The translations under genes were made by a program, and so were the position numbers. A DNA stretch of 64,000 bases from Magnetococcales bacterium (lineage in GTDB: Bacteria; Pseudomonadota; Magnetococcia; Magnetococcales; JADFZT01). Shown one piece after another: positions 62,501 through 64,000 of the stretch; the stretch's first letter is position 1, and the number at the start of each line of letters is the position of its first letter. The stretch covers positions 338 to 64,337 of the forward strand of contig JADFZT010000020.1 in the NCBI GenBank assembly GCA_015232395.1, read 5' to 3'. The notes beneath the pieces are model-generated. The model was not told the origin of the DNA, did no database searches, and saw only the letters and a list, made by a program, of their open reading frames with translations.

Positions 62501-63996
62501 ATCAGATAGGCAGCGACATATTGGGAGCCAACATAGGCCTCTGCTTTCCCAATGGAGACCATTTTCAGCGCCTCCAAAGTGGATTCGACCACCAAAGAAT
62601 GAATGCCCGGATAGTCGGATTTTAAAATCCCCTCCATGGCATATCCCTTCTCAACCGCAACACTCTTACCGGTCAAATCGGCCATGGTCTTGATATTCGA
62701 GTTTTCGGGGTCAGTAAATATGGCGTTGTACAACGGCAGGAAAGGGCGGGAGTAGGCCAAAGCCAGGGCGCGTTCTTCGGTATGGTAAATCTCCGGGGCC
62801 AGGTCGAGTTGGCCTTGTTTGAGCTTCCCGAGCATCTCCCCCCACGGGCCAAACTGTGGCTCCACCTTCAAGCCGACACGACTGGCCACAAGCTTGAGGA
62901 TGTCAGAAGCAATGCCGGTATGCTCGCCATTGGCATCCTGATAATCCACCGGGGGCCAATCGGTCAGGGCGATGGTGCGGATGGTCGGGTTGGTGGCGAT
63001 CCATCTTTTCTCTTCATCGCTCAACGCCACCAACTTGCCCTTATCGACAGGGATCTCCAGAGTGGCCAGAAAATCTTTTTTGGGAATCAGTATCAGCCTC
63101 AGACCCTCGCGATTCTTGAAAATATCGTTCAGGGGATAGGCATAAAGCCCCAACCCGGATGGAGCCACTCCATGGCGTTCAGCATCAAAGCTGTTTCGCC
63201 CGGGGAGATAACGGCTCCAGCGTTTGTCCGGGTCGGGATGCAGGATGATTTCGCCGTCCTGGTCGATCAGGAAAAGATCAAAATCAGCGGAATGGCCCAG
63301 CTGCTCCAAAAAACGGTCCATCATCAGGTTGATGACGACGACGCCACGAAAGCTGCCTTCGACAAAAACGGGGGTGGATATGCGAAAGGTCGGGCGAATC
63401 GGTTTTTCGATTTCACCCTTTTCCATATTCAGATTGAGTTTGGAATGCCAAAGTTTGCCTTGGGGAAGGGATTTTGGGCCCTGAAAATAGGATTTGGCAC
63501 TCTTATCCTGCATGGCCGCAAGGTCAACGACCGTGGGTAGAATCTGGCCTTTATACCTGTCGATTCGAACACGCTCCAAACCGTGTGCATTCAAAAATCG
63601 AACCTGCATGTAATCCAAATTGGCTGACGATATGGCGTGGAAAAAGGTGGTCAGATGATTCCGGTCCGCTTCCGTTTTTTCCCGGGCATAGCGACGGGTA
63701 AATTCACTTTCAGCCAGGGAGAGAACCTGATTTTCCACACTTTGGACGAAATGACTGAGGATACCCAGCTTGAATTTGGACTCGGCTGCCGCTTTGCTCT
63801 CCAAGGCGTGGAGAACGTCAGCAGGAAGCGACCTACTGTCAGTCTCAGCACCCGTTTTGGCAGCAGAGAGAGACTCTCTCCCTGGGTCAACCGGAGTGGC
63901 AGAAGAGAACTCAGCACAAAAGAGGATCATCAGCGCTGCAAAAACAGATCTGACACCCACATTTTTTAGGATCAAAAAAAGATTTTTCTTGCCCAC
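59578..63996 (-). CDS. Giant sensor PP2C (SpoIIE/RsbU-type) phosphatase: signal/TM-Cache-like-3x periplasmic solute-binding domains-TM-PAS-PP2C
   Basis: There are three SBP_bac_3-like units, each opening with (S/T)xxEKxW(I/L) and containing ...DLLP/DLAP...YS(K/R)P(Y/F).... A TM helix (ILFYAVPAVVVSLTIILIIVIW) and a PAS domain (SIVITDRDANIEFVNPQFSKVSGY) follow. The PP2C region is GGDMYWY...ILGDCTGHGVPGAFMT...TSDGIIDQ. Confidence 0.85.
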   Translation of the reverse strand: MGKKNLFLILKNVGVRSVFAALMILFCAEFSSATPVDPGRESLSAAKTGAETDSRSLPADVLHALESKAAAESKFKLGILSHFVQSVENQVLSLAESEFTRRYAREKTEADRNHLTTFFHAISSANLDYMQVRFLNAHGLERVRIDRYKGQILPTVVDLAAMQDKSAKSYFQGPKSLPQGKLWHSKLNLNMEKGEIEKPIRPTFRISTPVFVEGSFRGVVVINLMMDRFLEQLGHSADFDLFLIDQDGEIILHPDPDKRWSRYLPGRNSFDAERHGVAPSGLGLYAYPLNDIFKNREGLRLILIPKKDFLATLEIPVDKGKLVALSDEEKRWIATNPTIRTIALTDWPPVDYQDANGEHTGIASDILKLVASRVGLKVEPQFGPWGEMLGKLKQGQLDLAPEIYHTEERALALAYSRPFLPLYNAIFTDPENSNIKTMADLTGKSVAVEKGYAMEGILKSDYPGIHSLVVESTLEALKMVSIGKAEAYVGSQYVAAYLIDQNLLPGVKAVALIGDKPQLLHMAVPKDRAILRDILDKALGSISEEEKRTIIGRYLSLSGISSGSGLGRIVSLTESEKRWIEQHRVKVGVEEWAPVVFTKEDGRVGGLAGAYLDLLSERTGLKLEIVSDAWQTLLTGLQEKNIDLLPATYYTDERATYGLYSKPYFFIREFIYVKEGSPITAMDDLAKGRIAVVKGYGTIPKLKEKYPQAVIVETQNLMDSISKVLNGEVDAMMEVQMAVEQAIKTNAIIGLKAIIQTEFAASSIHLFSRDDEPLLQSILQKGLDTITEEEEQAIQGKWINIVDSERDKVRLTSSEKQWLSEHHLVRLGIDNSWPPIEFVDEKGAYAGVSSGYVEALERRLNVAMEPVTALSWVQVIEKVKQGKLDLLPAIVRTPERETFLNFTQPYVSFPMGIVNRKGGALIGGLDDLQGKRVGVVKGNVAVEWLTDDYPAIQLVEKTDVAQLLQDLDAGTIDAVVDSLGVISYEMERLGLSQLQIAAPTSYDYALSMGVRKDWPELVPILDKALASLDTSEKKAIKNTWMAHQIKLGLDIRTILFYAVPAVVVSLTIILIIVIWNRRMRREISHRQELEIELTKLSRTVEQSPLSIVITDRDANIEFVNPQFSKVSGYSQEEAIGSNPRILKSGEMDSHLYQDLWQTLSKGKTWKGEFLNKRKSGELYWEATTISPLRDRDGNISHFVANKEDITQRKMADDRLKDALAIISSSIQYASRIQRSIMPPTEVINTVLPQHCLIWEPRDVVGGDMYWYRPWFNGSVIILGDCTGHGVPGAFMTLIANGALDQAILEVAPGDTGTLIQRMHQLIQLALGQDKELGDSDDGLELGVCFINKRRKKMVYSGARFSLFIVDEGGVQEIKGDKSGIGYRGIDRDFDFTAHTLAFGADKRYYMTSDGIIDQIGGEKKRSFGKRRFMRLLETLRDRPMDQQEGPILQALIDYQGDSKRRDDVSLIGFEGF

Positions 63997-64000
63997 CCTG

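Overview
This is a bacterial chromosomal window, apparently Gram-negative and rich in signalling genes. The organism cannot be named from the sequence alone. All calls come from reading motifs and repeats by eye; no searches or computations were run.

Layout:
1. 1-3.9 kb: the array-proximal end of a CRISPR locus. It holds cas2, a compact reverse transcriptase (RT) whose first ~35 aa look like a second Cas2 N-terminus, an AT-rich leader, and a 34-repeat/33-spacer array. The 36-nt repeat ends in ATTGAGAC, a Cas6/type III-style handle. cas1 and the effector genes must lie upstream of the window.
2. 3.9-13.3 kb: an accessory patch. An Rpn-family PD-(D/E)XK nuclease gene starts 15 nt after the last repeat, followed by a repeat-rich non-coding stretch with possible decayed CRISPR repeats. 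Next is a tightly coupled 5-gene accessory Hsp70 module (TPR-like protein, J-like protein without HPD, GrpE-like, Hsp70, Zn-ribbon protein). The patch ends with an intact IS4-family element abutting an IS6-family pseudogene.
3. 13.3-32.7 kb: a signalling island. It contains a CI-like HTH protein, hybrid histidine kinases, two tandem CheB-CheR-PAS fusion proteins separated by a MITE-like element, and a five-gene minus-strand signalling operon (HTH-REC, hybrid HK, PAS-GGDEF-EAL, Cache-PAS HK, CheY-like REC).
4. 32.8-37.3 kb: an IS/Rpn graveyard. It holds a full rve-type IS, an internally deleted copy, smaller fragments, a second Rpn gene, a third Rpn fragment, IS6 debris and one orphan small ORF.
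5. 37.4-48.1 kb: a Cache-HAMP adenylate cyclase, a porin-like OMP, a second MITE copy, and an MscK-like channel translationally coupled to a hyper-acidic, tandem-repeat, tail-anchored protein.
6. 48.4-51.9 kb: a cupin lipoprotein, a two-domain N-methyltransferase and a KamA-family radical-SAM aminomutase.
7. 52.6-59.0 kb: a coupled operon of lipoyl-E2-like acyltransferase, carrier-protein/PPTase fusion, E3-like flavoprotein, MBOAT and a DltD-position protein. I regard this as the best candidate for an undescribed system.
8. 59.1-64 kb: a hemerythrin and a 1472-aa Cache/3xSBP/PAS/PP2C sensor phosphatase.

Several short dispersed repeat families also occur.
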